DNA of 64,000 nucleotides. Origin: a virus. Both the position numbers and the translations under genes were made by a program. The DNA is taken from UHGV virus genome UHGV-1484817. One strand, given 5' to 3'. This document shows positions 10,091 through 22,103 of this stretch, piece after piece. The notes beneath the pieces are model-generated. The model had not been told where the DNA came from. It searched no databases and was given only the letters and a program-made list of their open reading frames with translations. Position 1 is the first letter of the stretch. Each line of letters opens with the position of its first letter.

Positions 10091-10273
10091 TTAAAAACTG
10101 ATGTATTGCGCCTTCAGGTGGGTCAGGAATGTTTTCCCACCAGCGAAAGCAATATCTCGGGGTGTTCTTTTCGTGAAAAGCGCGTTCCATTGCCAACTTT
10201 GGCGTTTTTTAGCGAGTTCGTGCTTTTGTTGGCGTTTGGACCACCGCTTTTCTTTCAGTCGTTTTTTACTCAT
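10091..10273 (-). CDS. Possible small basic protein directly downstream of ssb
   Basis: 60-aa ORF, highly basic (KKRLKEKRWSKRQQK), starting 6 nt after the ssb stop; could be non-coding. Confidence 0.25.
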   Translation of the reverse strand: MSKKRLKEKRWSKRQQKHELAKKRQSWQWNALFTKRTPRDIAFAGGKTFLTHLKAQYISF

Positions 10274-10278
10274 AAACT

Positions 10279-10767
10279 CTAAAACGGAATATCGTCTTCA
10301 AAGTCCATTGGAGGTTCGTTATTGGCGCTGCTCTGAGGTTTGCCGCCACCGCTGTATTGCTGGTGGTTTTGAGGTTGGTTTGACTGCCCCCAGCCATTTG
10401 AGGACTGTGAATCGTCGCGGCGAGCGCCGATCATTTGCATGGTGCCGCCCTGGCTGACGATAATTTCCGTCGTGTAACGTTCTACACCGGCGTCATCTGT
10501 CCACTTACGGGTTTTAAGTTTCCCTTCGATGTAGACCTGAGAACCTTTTCGTAAATACTCACTCGCGATTTCAGCAAGTTTTCCGAACAAAACGACTTTA
10601 TGCCATTCTGTTTGCTCTTTCTGTTGGCCTGTTTGCTTGTCGCGCCATGATTCATTCGTTGCGATGCTGAGTCTTCCGACTGCTCCGCCATTTGGTATAT
10701 ACCTGATATCTGGGTCTTGTCCCAGGGTACCTATCAGGATGACTTTATTTACACCGCGTTGTGCCAC
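10279..10767 (-). CDS. ssb: Single-stranded DNA-binding protein
   Basis: 162 aa; N-terminus [23 protein letters not shown] close to E. coli SSB; Gly/Gln-rich linker; C-terminal acidic tip DDIPF. Confidence 0.95.
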   Translation of the reverse strand: MAQRGVNKVILIGTLGQDPDIRYIPNGGAVGRLSIATNESWRDKQTGQQKEQTEWHKVVLFGKLAEIASEYLRKGSQVYIEGKLKTRKWTDDAGVERYTTEIIVSQGGTMQMIGARRDDSQSSNGWGQSNQPQNHQQYSGGGKPQSSANNEPPMDFEDDIPF

Positions 10768-10786
10768 TTATCTCACCTAATAAAAT

Positions 10787-10803
10787 AAATTAATTAGAGC
10801 AAT
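10787..10803. promoter_or_regulatory. C1 operator-like site in the ssb/lyz divergent region
   Basis: AAATTAATTAGAGCAAT, 16 of 17 matches to the reverse complement of the C1 operator consensus. Confidence 0.55.
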
Positions 10804-10936
10804 AATGTATATCTTTGAAACGTAGCTAACAAGTGATTTGCATTATCCTGTACCTTCTAAAGGGATCGAGTCAGTCGGTATTGGCTGTGAATGGGTGTTT
10901 GTCCTGGAGCGTAAAAAATTCGCTTATGAGGTCTTT

Positions 10937-11494
10937 ATGAAGGGAAAAACAGCCGCAGGAGGCGGTGCAATTTGCGCTATCGCGGTGATGATTACCATCG
11001 TGATGGGTAATGGCAATGTGCGAACCAACCAGGCGGGGCTTGAGCTGATTGGTAACGCTGAAGGTTGCCGACGTGATCCATACATGTGCCCGGCGGGTGT
11101 ATGGACTGACGGGATTGGTAATACACACGGGGTAACGCCAGGCGTGCGAAAAACCGACCAGCAAATCGCCGCTGATTGGGAAAAGAATATCCTGATCGCT
11201 GAACGCTGTATTAACCAGCACTTCCTGGGCAAAGACATGCCCGATAATGCCTTCAGCGCAATGACAAGCGCGGCATTCAATATGGGATGCAATAGTTTAC
11301 GGACCTACTACAGCAAAGCGCGAGGCATGCGAGTAGAAACGTCCATCCACAAGTGGGCGCAGAAAGGAGAATGGGTGAATATGTGTAACCATCTCCCTGA
11401 TTTCGTGAACAGTAACGGCGTGCCCCTGCGAGGTTTAAAGATTCGCCGTGAAAAAGAACGCCAGCTTTGCCTGACGGGACTGGTCAATGAATAA
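10937..11494 (+). CDS. lyz: SAR endolysin (T4-lysozyme-like) Lyz
   Basis: 185 aa from MKGKTAAGGGAICAIAVMITIV (Gly/Ala-rich signal-anchor-release segment) followed by a lysozyme-like domain; the longer ORF from 10838 was rejected. Confidence 0.9.
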   Translation: MKGKTAAGGGAICAIAVMITIVMGNGNVRTNQAGLELIGNAEGCRRDPYMCPAGVWTDGIGNTHGVTPGVRKTDQQIAADWEKNILIAERCINQHFLGKDMPDNAFSAMTSAAFNMGCNSLRTYYSKARGMRVETSIHKWAQKGEWVNMCNHLPDFVNSNGVPLRGLKIRREKERQLCLTGLVNE

Positions 11495-11522
11495 ACTCCG
11501 GCAGCTCCGCCGACTTTCGACA

Positions 11523-11741
11523 ATGAAGTTATCGCTGGCGGCGATAGTTTTCGACTCGATTTTCATGGCGGTATATGTGCTCAATGAGACGTGGCCACTG
11601 GAACCGCTATTATATGCCGGGCTTCGGCTGTGCCTGACATTTTTGAGCATGGCTGCAAGATTGATGCAGCAGAAAGAAACCGCTTCAGATTGCCCACGTC
11701 GCGCGGTGCGAAAATATATGGCACGCAGACGAAGGCGATAA
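11523..11741 (+). CDS. Possible small membrane protein downstream of lyz
   Basis: ORF 11487-11741 overlapping the lyz stop; hydrophobic segments and an Arg-rich C-terminus; no homology evidence. Confidence 0.25.
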   Translation: MKLSLAAIVFDSIFMAVYVLNETWPLEPLLYAGLRLCLTFLSMAARLMQQKETASDCPRRAVRKYMARRRRR

Positions 11742-11753
11742 TAGTTAACGAGA

Positions 11754-11780
11754 ACCCCGGCAGCCGCCGGGGTTATTTTT
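11754..11780 (+). terminator. Intrinsic terminator after the lyz unit
   Basis: CCCCGG-CAGCCG-CCGGGG hairpin followed by TTATTTTT. Confidence 0.5.
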
Positions 11781-11785
11781 GATGG

Positions 11786-12835
11786 TTATTTAAACGGATT
11801 GATTGAATTATTAAACGTGATGATGCTTGTCTCACGCGGTGCCTGGACGTTAGCCGCTTGCGGAACCTCCTTAATTTTCTTGGTGACAGGCAAGTTGCGT
11901 GCGCCAACTTTGATCAGAGATTCGAAAAGTGTGGCAACGATTTTTGCATCACCAGGTTCTTTGAGGCGGAATGCGTCTTTTTGGGCGGCGGAGACGAAAA
12001 TCGGGAGGTTATCCAGTTCGTCTTGCATTGCTGCCAGCACATCGTCGCGGATACCCGCTGTTTCCTCCAGCAAAGCGATTCGCGCTTCAGCATCTGCGAT
12101 CTTGGCCATTGCTTCGAGGTGGCGGCCCTGGCTTTCGAGTAGTGCGGTTTCCAGTTCTGCCGTACGCTCTGTCGCCTCCACCATCATTTCCAGTTCAGCC
12201 ATTTTGCCGTAATGGGATATAACGGCCTGCACTGACTCGTCGGAGTACCCATGCGCCGCCAGGGACTCTGCCAGTAAAGATTTAGAATCCGCGCTTTCAA
12301 ACATTCCGGCGCTGGCAGGATGATCCAGACTGATATAGTTCGGCGTTGTCACATAATCCACACCATGGAAGCTGGTGGTTACAGCGATTTTCCCGGACTC
12401 ACGCCCGCCAGTGGCCCAGCTCCAGCCACCAGCTCGGCTTTCGATCATCGCGGCGACAATTTTACCCGGCTCTGTGTTAAGAATTTCCTGTGTATGGGTA
12501 ACGATGCCGTTGTCGTCAACGGATATAGCTACTGTGCGGCAAGCTGGAACATTGTCGATAACGACCGGGCGACCTTCCACCATGATCACGCTGGTTTCTG
12601 GTACTTCCAGTTTGCCGGTCAGCTGTCGGCGACCGTGACCGTAATAGCCGAAAAGCTCACCAAGGCGTAAACCTTCCTGAGTTTCCTTGCTTTCAAGCAT
12701 GGTCTTTACCGCGCTTAATACATACTGTCGCCCGTTCTGGCGACCTTTTCTAGCATTACTATAGAGACAAAAGCGGTCAGTGACCGTTTTCAAAACATCA
12801 GTCATTCTCGTTTCCCTCTTTAAAGACCGATTCAA
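11786..12835 (-). CDS. pro: Head processing protease Pro-like
   Basis: 349-aa ORF directly downstream of the portal-like gene on the same strand; coiled-coil C-terminal half; synteny with P1 prt-pro. Confidence 0.7.
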   Translation of the reverse strand: MNRSLKRETRMTDVLKTVTDRFCLYSNARKGRQNGRQYVLSAVKTMLESKETQEGLRLGELFGYYGHGRRQLTGKLEVPETSVIMVEGRPVVIDNVPACRTVAISVDDNGIVTHTQEILNTEPGKIVAAMIESRAGGWSWATGGRESGKIAVTTSFHGVDYVTTPNYISLDHPASAGMFESADSKSLLAESLAAHGYSDESVQAVISHYGKMAELEMMVEATERTAELETALLESQGRHLEAMAKIADAEARIALLEETAGIRDDVLAAMQDELDNLPIFVSAAQKDAFRLKEPGDAKIVATLFESLIKVGARNLPVTKKIKEVPQAANVQAPRETSIITFNNSINPFK

Positions 12836-12851
12836 GGATTTGCGCCAGTTC

Positions 12852-14516
<1,665 letters not shown>

Positions 14517-14582
14517 TTAATTAGAATAATTCGCATCGTGTTTGAACGGAATTTAACACTAGTCACTTGTTAAGGATTACCA

Positions 14583-17500
14583 ATGAACAAGCTATCTATG
14601 GGTGTGTTTCGCTGTTCAAGTGTCAGCGAAATATTGAAATACATTAGGGCAATAACATCTCACCGAGCGCCGATTAAATACGGCGTGGAAAAGGTGGAAG
14701 GCAAAAGCTATGACCGACTGCGCCGGGAGGCGAATCAGAAGGCGATAGATTTGCTTAATTCGCTGGTGGACGGCGCGACACTGACAGATGAACAGCGCCA
14801 GATCCTGGCCGGGTACACTGGTGAAGGCGGCATTGGCGGGTCCGTCTCCGAATATTACACACCAAAGCCTATCGCTGAAGGTGTCTGGGAGATCATGAAG
14901 CTCTACGGCGCGGACGTAGGTAACACTCTGGAACCATCGGCGGGAACCGGCGTTTTTAATGAGACAAAACCGGTTGGTACGGTGATGACCGCGACTGAGA
15001 TCAGCAGTGTTTCCGGTCGTATAAACCAGTTGTTACACCCGGAAGACAGCGTACAGATTTCCCCGTTCGAACAGCTGGCTATAAACACGCCTAACGATTC
15101 ATTCGACCATGTTGTGGGTAACGTTCCGTTCGGCGGTCGTGATAACACACGCAACATCGATAAGCCTTACGCAGAAGAAACGGACATGGGGTCTTACTTC
15201 ATGCTCCGCATGCTGGACAAGATAAAACCTGGCGGATTCATGTGTGTGATTGTGCCGCCGTCCATTGTTTCAGGTTCAAACATGAAACGGTTACGCCTGC
15301 GCCTATCACGGAAAGCTGAATTTCTTGGTGCCCACCGCTTGCCTACCGGTACTTTTGACGCAAACGGGACCAGTACAGTTGTTGATGTGGTGCTGATGCG
15401 CAAACATCCGGCAGAGATGGCTGAGAAAATCCCCCTGGTGGATGAAAGCACTCTCGAATCGGCAAATGTGCTTTGGCCAACGTTTATTTCTGGCAAGTGG
15501 TTTGAAAAGGACGGCCGCCGGTTTGTTCATGGCACCCAGGAAAAGGGCTTCCAGGGGCGTATTGAGGTTCGTGCCGACGGTCAGATTGATAACCAGGCTC
15601 TTAAAGCGAAGCTGATTCATCGTTTCGAAAGCCGTATCGACTGGTCTTTGCTCGATATGGCTGAACCGTCACCGACCGCAGACGTTGTTGGTGAAGGGGA
15701 AATGCGCCTGATTAATGGCGTATGGCAAAAATATGCTGGTGGTCGCTGGATTGAAGCTGATGCCGGGAAGGAACTTAAGATCGATGCTGCCAGTTATGGC
15801 GCGGATAGCTGGGAGGCTCTTCAGCGTAACCTGACTACAACAGAAGGCCGTCTCGGCATGACATTTACCCAGATGGCAAATGTCCGCGATAAGTACACCA
15901 CATCAATCAGCGACGATATGGTGCAGCTGGTGGACTGGATTAACAGCCAGCCTGAAAAATACCGTGAACGCTTGTATCGCGGGGCGATGATTGGCCGGAT
16001 GTTAATTGAATATCAGGACATGAAGGCCGCCGGGCATAGTGCTGAACAAATCGAACAGCAGCGCCTTTCTCTGGTATCCCGTTTGCAGGCAGAGATTGAC
16101 CGTTTTGGTAACCCCGGTCGCGGTCCGATAGCGAAATTGTCGGGGAGCGGTGCGCGCGCCTGGTTTGCTTTCCGTGGTGCAATTAAGCTGGATGGCACTA
16201 TTTCTGACGAGCTGACAGGGAAGCTGGTTACGCATGATTCCAGCGCAAGTTATGACTCCACCAGCTATCAGGACACCCTGCGTTATCTCTATAGCGATCT
16301 CACCCGCGATCCAATCCAGCTCGATGATTTCCGCCTTGCGTTTACCGGCGAACTGCCAGCCAGTGATGAAGAGTTGCTTAATTTATTGGCCAGCACCCCT
16401 GGTATTGCGGTTTCACCGTATGGCGGGATTGTTCCGTTCGCCCGCGCCACCAGCGGCGACATTAACGAGATAGTGGCTCCAAAACAGGAATTCCTCGCCA
16501 CACTCCCCGACGGTCCAGTAAAGAACAACGTCCTTAATCAGCTGGCAGCTATCGAAGAGAAGCGCATCAAGACGCCAGCAGATAATATCCGGTTTAAGCT
16601 CAATAGCCGTTGGTTCGACCGTTCCGTCATTCTGGAATTTTTGCAGGAAAACGGCTATCCGGATCTGCGCTATGTGCAGTCAGTGCAGCTGGAAGGCGAC
16701 GAAATGGTTTCTGACACCTATCACGGTGGTGATGGTCTGTTCGTCGGGCACCGATACGGTGTCGTCCAGCGCAAGGATAAAGAAACAGGTGAGATTCGCT
16801 ACGAGTGGGACCGTAAATCAGGTGAAAACGCGACCGGGTTCCCGGCACAGCTGGAAAAGTATCTCAATGGTGCGCGTATCGGTGGCAAAGATAGCGCGAC
16901 GGCGAACGGCTACCGCGAGCAGATGGCACTGCTTGAGGACCAGTTCAATAAGTGGATCAAGACGCACGATCGCTACGATGAGCTGGTTGCCAAATACAAC
17001 GATGTGTTCAATAGCAATATCCCGTATGAACACTCTGGCGATCCGCTTGGGTTGAAGGGATTAAGCGGTAAGCGCCAGCCATTTGATTACCAGAATAGCG
17101 AGGTGCGCCGACTGTCCGAAGATGGGCGCGGCATCCTGGGCTTCGGCACCGGGCTGGGTAAAACTACGACCGCGCTGGCGCTTGAGGCGTTCAACTATGA
17201 GAACGGTCGCTCCACCCGTACTGCGTATGTAGTGCCTAAATCAGTGCTGGAAAACTGGTATTACGAAGCAAAAGAATTCCTGAGTGAAGAGGCATTCAGT
17301 AACTACCTGTTCGTCGGTCTTGATGTGCTGATGGATGGCGATCAGATTCGCCAGGTGCAGGTGCTCGATGAGAACGGTAAACCTGTTCTTGGTACTGATG
17401 GCACTCCAGTTATGCGCGATGCTCTTAAGCTGGCAGATGAAGCCACTATCACGGCGCGGATGAACGCGATCCCGCACTCAAATTACCGTGCAGTCGTGTT

Positions 17501-20500
17501 TACCAAAGAACAATACGCCCGCATTCCGCTACGTGATGACACCGTAGATGAGCATGCACAGGATATGCTTTATGACTTCGTTGCCGCCGGACGCGTAGCC
17601 AGCGCAATGGACTCCGACTCCCACCGCAAAGAGGCCGCGCGTCGCCGGGTATTGTCGGAGTATTCAGATACCGGCACCGAAAAAGCAGAGAAGTATCCGT
17701 ACTTTGAGGATATGGGCTTCGATAGTGTGATCGCTGACGAAGGTCACAACTACCGCAATAGCTATAAAAATGGTCGCGAAGCGTCACAACTGGCCTATCT
17801 GCCCACCAGCGCGGTGGCGCAATCGGCGCGAGATATGGCAATTAAAAACGCGTACCTGATGAAAAAGAATGGTGGGCGCGGGCCGGTTCTCCTGACTGCA
17901 ACGCCAGTCGTTAACACCCCGATCGATGCATACAACATGCTTTCTCATGTTCTGCCGAAGGAATACTGGCAGAACATGGGGATCTACGGTCCTGATGACT
18001 TCGTTAAATTCTTCGGCAAGACCAGGCTGGAAACGGTACAGAAAATTAGCGGTGAAGTTGAAGAAAAAATGGCGCTGGTGGGCTTTGAAAACCTTGATGC
18101 GCTGCGCGGTATATTCCATCGCTGGGTAACGCTTAAAACGGCGGAAGACGTTAAGGATACCGTGGAGATCCCGGAGCTGGACGAACACCAGCAGGATGCA
18201 CCACTTACTGAAGAACAACTGGCGGCGTATGAAGAATTGCGTCAGCAGGCGGAAGCGGCGGCCAAAGCCAACAATGGCGTAACGACCTCGGTCAATGAAG
18301 ACGGCGTGATTGAGCACGAGAAAGCCCGTCCGATCTTCTCAATAATCAGGGATATGGACCGCGTATGTACTGACATGGACCTGTACTATCGCCGGATCAC
18401 CTATCGTTTCCTGCCGGAGTACGCCGATGCGGTGCAGCAGCTGGCGGACAGTTTGCCTAAACAAGCCACCAGCGAAGACGACGACAGTGATGATTCAATC
18501 ACGCAGCAATCGCAATACTCCCTGATAGATAAGGGCGAGTTTATTCAGTTGCAGGTTCCGGAAGCGTTCGAGCAGGAAGTGAATAAGCGCCTGGCCAGGT
18601 TTGGCATTGACGAACAGACCGTAACTCACCCCGTTACGCCCAAATACGCGAAGCTGATTGCCACGCTGAAGGAGTTTTTCCCGGAAGGTAAGCAAATCAT
18701 CTTCACCGATGAAAAAACGCAGCACCAGAAGCTCAAGCGCATTATCTGCAATGCTCTTAACCTTGAACCTTCAAAGGTGGGGATACTGAATGCTCAGACG
18801 GTTGCCGAGGCAGGTAAAACCGGTAAGAAACTGAAAGCGGTTAAACCGCCGAAAGAGTTACCGGATGAACCAACAGATGCACAGATAGCGAAATACAACG
18901 AGCAAATGGCTCTGTATGACGCCTATATCGCGCAGCAAAATGAAATGTCGTTGGGCGGTCTGGAAAAGATTGCAGCCGACTTCCAGGAGGGCCGGACTCC
19001 GATCATCATCTGCAACAAAAAGGCAGAGGTGGGTATCAACCTGCATCGAGGAACGACTGACATCCATCATCTGACGTTGCCATGGACTCCAGCCAGTATT
19101 GCGCAACGAAACGGTCGCGGTGCCCGAGTTGGCTCCAACCGTGCAAGCGTTCGCGTTCACTACTACTGCGGCAAGGGGTCTTTCGATGAATACCGACTGA
19201 AGACGCTGAAGCGTAAAGCAGGCTGGATCTCCGATATCCTCCGTTCAGATAAGTCAGAAATGGAGAACGCCGACGCCAACGATATGATCGAAATGCAGAT
19301 GTATACCGCGAAGGATGACGGCGAACGTCTGGCAATGATGCAGGTTCAAATGGATAAGGCGAAAGCTGCGAAACGCGCTCGCCAGAAAGAACAGGCTACT
19401 ATCGACCTTCAGAACTACATCAAGGCGCAGCACGCAGCTGGTGAGGATGTGGAGGTACTTACCGCTGAATTGGAGCGAAGCAAAGCGGAACTTGAAAAGA
19501 CCACCGCCGACGTCGCCAAATTCAAACAGGCGGTAATGGCCAAAGCAGCTGATAACGCAGACTGGAAAGCCCGCTGGGGTAGCGTCCATCACACAGACCG
19601 TATGTTGTTAGCACAGTATCGCGCGTCGTTGAAAAGCGCCATTCAGCGCAAGGCTAATATCTCTCAGGCCATCTCCCGCTATGAGAAATTATTGAACCGT
19701 ACTCAGAAGGCCGCGACGGATATCAAACGCCTGCGCCCGCTGGTGGAGGATGCAATAAATAAAGGCATTCTGGATGTTGATCCTGATCTGGTTAACCATG
19801 CGAATGAGTTCCTTGTTATCGGCGATCGCTCATGGCGTGTAGGCCAATACTATGATTGTGCCGGTGATATCGTTCGCATTAAGTCGCTGGACTTCGACAG
19901 CCAGCGCGCAGACGTGGAGATCATCTTTACCTTCAAAGGCACCAAATCGGGTAACTGGGATGTGAAGACGCTGGATAAACAGGTTGATGTAACTCCCGAT
20001 GAAGATGCTGTTATGCAGAAAATCAGTGGTGGCGTCTCCATCGCCGGGATTAACGACATCGTTTCCTGTGACGATTTCTACCGTTTCCAGCAGCGCGGCA
20101 TGATCAAAATCACTGACTCATACGGCGTTCAGACTACAGAGTCAGGCTATAGCATTGATTTTGTTGGTACCTATACGGACCCACTGAAGCATGCGGTTTA
20201 CCCGGATCGCCGTGACGGCGCGCTGAAGTCGTCAATTGCAAAATGGGTGCTTGGTATGATGTCGGAAGGGAATAACCGCCAGATCCGTTCGGCAGAAGCA
20301 TTCCTGGTTGAACTGTTTGGCTCCAATTATGGCGATGTAATCGCGTCATACGGAGATACGCTATCCCCTGAAGCAATTCAGGAGAAAATAGCGGATGCGA
20401 TCGCCAGAATGCCGGAGAAAACAAGCCAGGGGGCTACTCGTAACGGGGATTCTGAACTTGAAGTCACCAATGCCATTTTCGGTACCAATGAGTTCCGGGC

Positions 20501-21350
20501 GTCAGATTATGAGATCACCACAGCACAGTTTGGCACCATTGGCATTTACAGCAATAAAGCCGAGATCAAGCAGGCAATGGACGCAGCAAGCGCGCGCATC
20601 GCAGCAGAACGGGAAGCCAATCTGAATCATGCAGTCGCCGCGCTGACTCAATCGTGGGTAACAGCAATCAGGGAGGCCGCCACCACAGGGAAAATCACAC
20701 CTGCAATTGCGGATGTCGTAAACGACGGCTCTAAATTTATGGATGCCTATCAAATGGATGCGGTGAAGTTGCCATCAGCCTATGGTCAACTCAGCTATCG
20801 CATGACCTACAACCTGGTATCAATGTTTTCCGACCTTGCCATCCTTGGGCTGGTGGATCTTAACGAGGTTACGCCGGAATTGCTCAGCATGCGCAAGAAT
20901 CATGTGGAGATATTGCAGAGAGTTAACACGGTTCTTGCCGGACGCACCGATGAAGAGAAACAGGCCGACGCTGATCGGATAAACCTGGCCCTTGGCAACA
21001 TCACGGAGGAAGAAATTGCCGCCAGAAACGAGAAACAAGAAGAGTTATCATCAATACAGGGTGATGCCACCAGCATAGCTCAGTCTCTTGGTCTGAATTA
21101 TCGCGTATCCACCGCCGACCTGAAGATGATGTACGCACCAAAATTCGCCGCTGGCGAGGTATTTGGGCTTCAGGAAGCCTCAGGCATGAAAGGCGTTCTT
21201 TTCCGTGCGAAAGACGCAATCAAGGCGAAATTCGGCGCTCGCTGGCTGCCAGCGAAGGCGAAGAACAGCGATTTCCCGGGTAACTGGTGGATTATCGAGA
21301 CAAAACACAACGTGGCGGACGTTCTGGCCGTCATCCAACAATACGCATAA
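14583..21350 (+). CDS. darB: DarB antirestriction protein (N6-adenine methyltransferase plus DExH helicase, 2255 aa)
   Basis: 2255 aa, the size recalled for P1 DarB; N-terminal methyltransferase motif VGNVPFG; helicase Walker A GFGTGLGKTT and DEGH box; long coiled-coil C-terminal region. Confidence 0.95.
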   Translation: MNKLSMGVFRCSSVSEILKYIRAITSHRAPIKYGVEKVEGKSYDRLRREANQKAIDLLNSLVDGATLTDEQRQILAGYTGEGGIGGSVSEYYTPKPIAEGVWEIMKLYGADVGNTLEPSAGTGVFNETKPVGTVMTATEISSVSGRINQLLHPEDSVQISPFEQLAINTPNDSFDHVVGNVPFGGRDNTRNIDKPYAEETDMGSYFMLRMLDKIKPGGFMCVIVPPSIVSGSNMKRLRLRLSRKAEFLGAHRLPTGTFDANGTSTVVDVVLMRKHPAEMAEKIPLVDESTLESANVLWPTFISGKWFEKDGRRFVHGTQEKGFQGRIEVRADGQIDNQALKAKLIHRFESRIDWSLLDMAEPSPTADVVGEGEMRLINGVWQKYAGGRWIEADAGKELKIDAASYGADSWEALQRNLTTTEGRLGMTFTQMANVRDKYTTSISDDMVQLVDWINSQPEKYRERLYRGAMIGRMLIEYQDMKAAGHSAEQIEQQRLSLVSRLQAEIDRFGNPGRGPIAKLSGSGARAWFAFRGAIKLDGTISDELTGKLVTHDSSASYDSTSYQDTLRYLYSDLTRDPIQLDDFRLAFTGELPASDEELLNLLASTPGIAVSPYGGIVPFARATSGDINEIVAPKQEFLATLPDGPVKNNVLNQLAAIEEKRIKTPADNIRFKLNSRWFDRSVILEFLQENGYPDLRYVQSVQLEGDEMVSDTYHGGDGLFVGHRYGVVQRKDKETGEIRYEWDRKSGENATGFPAQLEKYLNGARIGGKDSATANGYREQMALLEDQFNKWIKTHDRYDELVAKYNDVFNSNIPYEHSGDPLGLKGLSGKRQPFDYQNSEVRRLSEDGRGILGFGTGLGKTTTALALEAFNYENGRSTRTAYVVPKSVLENWYYEAKEFLSEEAFSNYLFVGLDVLMDGDQIRQVQVLDENGKPVLGTDGTPVMRDALKLADEATITARMNAIPHSNYRAVVFTKEQYARIPLRDDTVDEHAQDMLYDFVAAGRVASAMDSDSHRKEAARRRVLSEYSDTGTEKAEKYPYFEDMGFDSVIADEGHNYRNSYKNGREASQLAYLPTSAVAQSARDMAIKNAYLMKKNGGRGPVLLTATPVVNTPIDAYNMLSHVLPKEYWQNMGIYGPDDFVKFFGKTRLETVQKISGEVEEKMALVGFENLDALRGIFHRWVTLKTAEDVKDTVEIPELDEHQQDAPLTEEQLAAYEELRQQAEAAAKANNGVTTSVNEDGVIEHEKARPIFSIIRDMDRVCTDMDLYYRRITYRFLPEYADAVQQLADSLPKQATSEDDDSDDSITQQSQYSLIDKGEFIQLQVPEAFEQEVNKRLARFGIDEQTVTHPVTPKYAKLIATLKEFFPEGKQIIFTDEKTQHQKLKRIICNALNLEPSKVGILNAQTVAEAGKTGKKLKAVKPPKELPDEPTDAQIAKYNEQMALYDAYIAQQNEMSLGGLEKIAADFQEGRTPIIICNKKAEVGINLHRGTTDIHHLTLPWTPASIAQRNGRGARVGSNRASVRVHYYCGKGSFDEYRLKTLKRKAGWISDILRSDKSEMENADANDMIEMQMYTAKDDGERLAMMQVQMDKAKAAKRARQKEQATIDLQNYIKAQHAAGEDVEVLTAELERSKAELEKTTADVAKFKQAVMAKAADNADWKARWGSVHHTDRMLLAQYRASLKSAIQRKANISQAISRYEKLLNRTQKAATDIKRLRPLVEDAINKGILDVDPDLVNHANEFLVIGDRSWRVGQYYDCAGDIVRIKSLDFDSQRADVEIIFTFKGTKSGNWDVKTLDKQVDVTPDEDAVMQKISGGVSIAGINDIVSCDDFYRFQQRGMIKITDSYGVQTTESGYSIDFVGTYTDPLKHAVYPDRRDGALKSSIAKWVLGMMSEGNNRQIRSAEAFLVELFGSNYGDVIASYGDTLSPEAIQEKIADAIARMPEKTSQGATRNGDSELEVTNAIFGTNEFRASDYEITTAQFGTIGIYSNKAEIKQAMDAASARIAAEREANLNHAVAALTQSWVTAIREAATTGKITPAIADVVNDGSKFMDAYQMDAVKLPSAYGQLSYRMTYNLVSMFSDLAILGLVDLNEVTPELLSMRKNHVEILQRVNTVLAGRTDEEKQADADRINLALGNITEEEIAARNEKQEELSSIQGDATSIAQSLGLNYRVSTADLKMMYAPKFAAGEVFGLQEASGMKGVLFRAKDAIKAKFGARWLPAKAKNSDFPGNWWIIETKHNVADVLAVIQQYA

Positions 21351-21383
21351 CAGGAGCGCCCGGTTCGCCGGGCGTCGCATAAT

Positions 21384-21824
21384 ATGGCCACACTATCTGA
21401 TACAATAAAACCGAATAAAACATATCTTGAGGCGGTACTGCGTACGGCATTGTTAGGAAAGACAGAAGACGAATACGTTGATTTCTTCCTGTCAGGGCTA
21501 CGCGGGCGATTACTGAAAAATCCCCGCCTGTACCGCAGCTATGGCCCATACTGGCCGGAAATTAAAAAATTATTACTGGAGCGCGGTTATGGTAATTTCG
21601 GTCGTCTCGTTGACCGTGACGTTCGCAAAATTTACCGTTATGACCGCCCGGCGCTAACACTCATAGCCGCGACGCTCTACAGCCAGGAGCGTTTTGATAA
21701 TGGTCAGATATACTCAGCCTGGCATTTACTGCCAGTGCCTGAAGAAGTTGACGACCAGGACTATGAGTTTGAGTCTTACGATTTGGAAGTTGAAGCCTTG
21801 GCACAGGCTGGAGAGAAAACTTGA
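21384..21824 (+). CDS. ulx: Ulx-like protein
   Basis: 146-aa ORF directly downstream of darB; overlaps the next gene by 4 nt; named by P1 synteny only. Confidence 0.45.
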   Translation: MATLSDTIKPNKTYLEAVLRTALLGKTEDEYVDFFLSGLRGRLLKNPRLYRSYGPYWPEIKKLLLERGYGNFGRLVDRDVRKIYRYDRPALTLIAATLYSQERFDNGQIYSAWHLLPVPEEVDDQDYEFESYDLEVEALAQAGEKT

Positions 21825-22069
21825 AAAAGCGATACTACACAGTAAAGCATGGGACGCTACGAGCATTACAAGAGTTTGCTGACAAGCATAACGTTGAGGT
21901 GCGCAGGGAAGGGGGAAGTAAAGCTCTGCGCATGTACCGTCCGGACGGGAAATGGCGTACGGTCGTCGATTTCAAAACTAACAGTGTTCCCCAGGGCGTC
22001 CGCGATCGGGCATTCGAAGAATGGGAGCAGATCATCATAGATAACGCATTGCTCCTGAATGCTGATTAA
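21821..22069 (+). CDS. lxc: Lxc/Bof-like modulator of C1 repression
   Basis: 82-aa ORF, the size recalled for P1 Bof/Lxc; position after ulx. Confidence 0.45.
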   Translation: MKKRYYTVKHGTLRALQEFADKHNVEVRREGGSKALRMYRPDGKWRTVVDFKTNSVPQGVRDRAFEEWEQIIIDNALLLNAD

Positions 22070-22084
22070 ACTTTCCGCCCTTTT

Positions 22085-22103
22085 GCCCGGTCTGTCGCCG
22101 GGC
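22085..22103. terminator. Hairpin between convergent lxc and mat
   Basis: GCCCGG-TCTGTCG-CCGGGC in the 39-bp gap between lxc (+) and mat (-). Confidence 0.4.

Noticed and set aside
8195-10273. Searched for IS1, which canonical P1 carries between isaA and isaB
   Set aside because: No IS1-like insA/insB ORFs or inverted repeats anywhere in the window; the only insertion element seen is the tnpB element at 3528-4874.
10838-10936. Longer lyz ORF starting at 10838
   Set aside because: The Gly/Ala-rich SAR segment begins at the Met at 10937; the extension overlaps the operator/promoter region.
14903-21219. Many 60-180-aa ORFs on the minus strand inside darB, and similar antisense ORFs inside ddrB, dmt, ban and pacB
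   Set aside because: Entirely contained within long, well-supported genes on the opposite strand; typical shadow ORFs.
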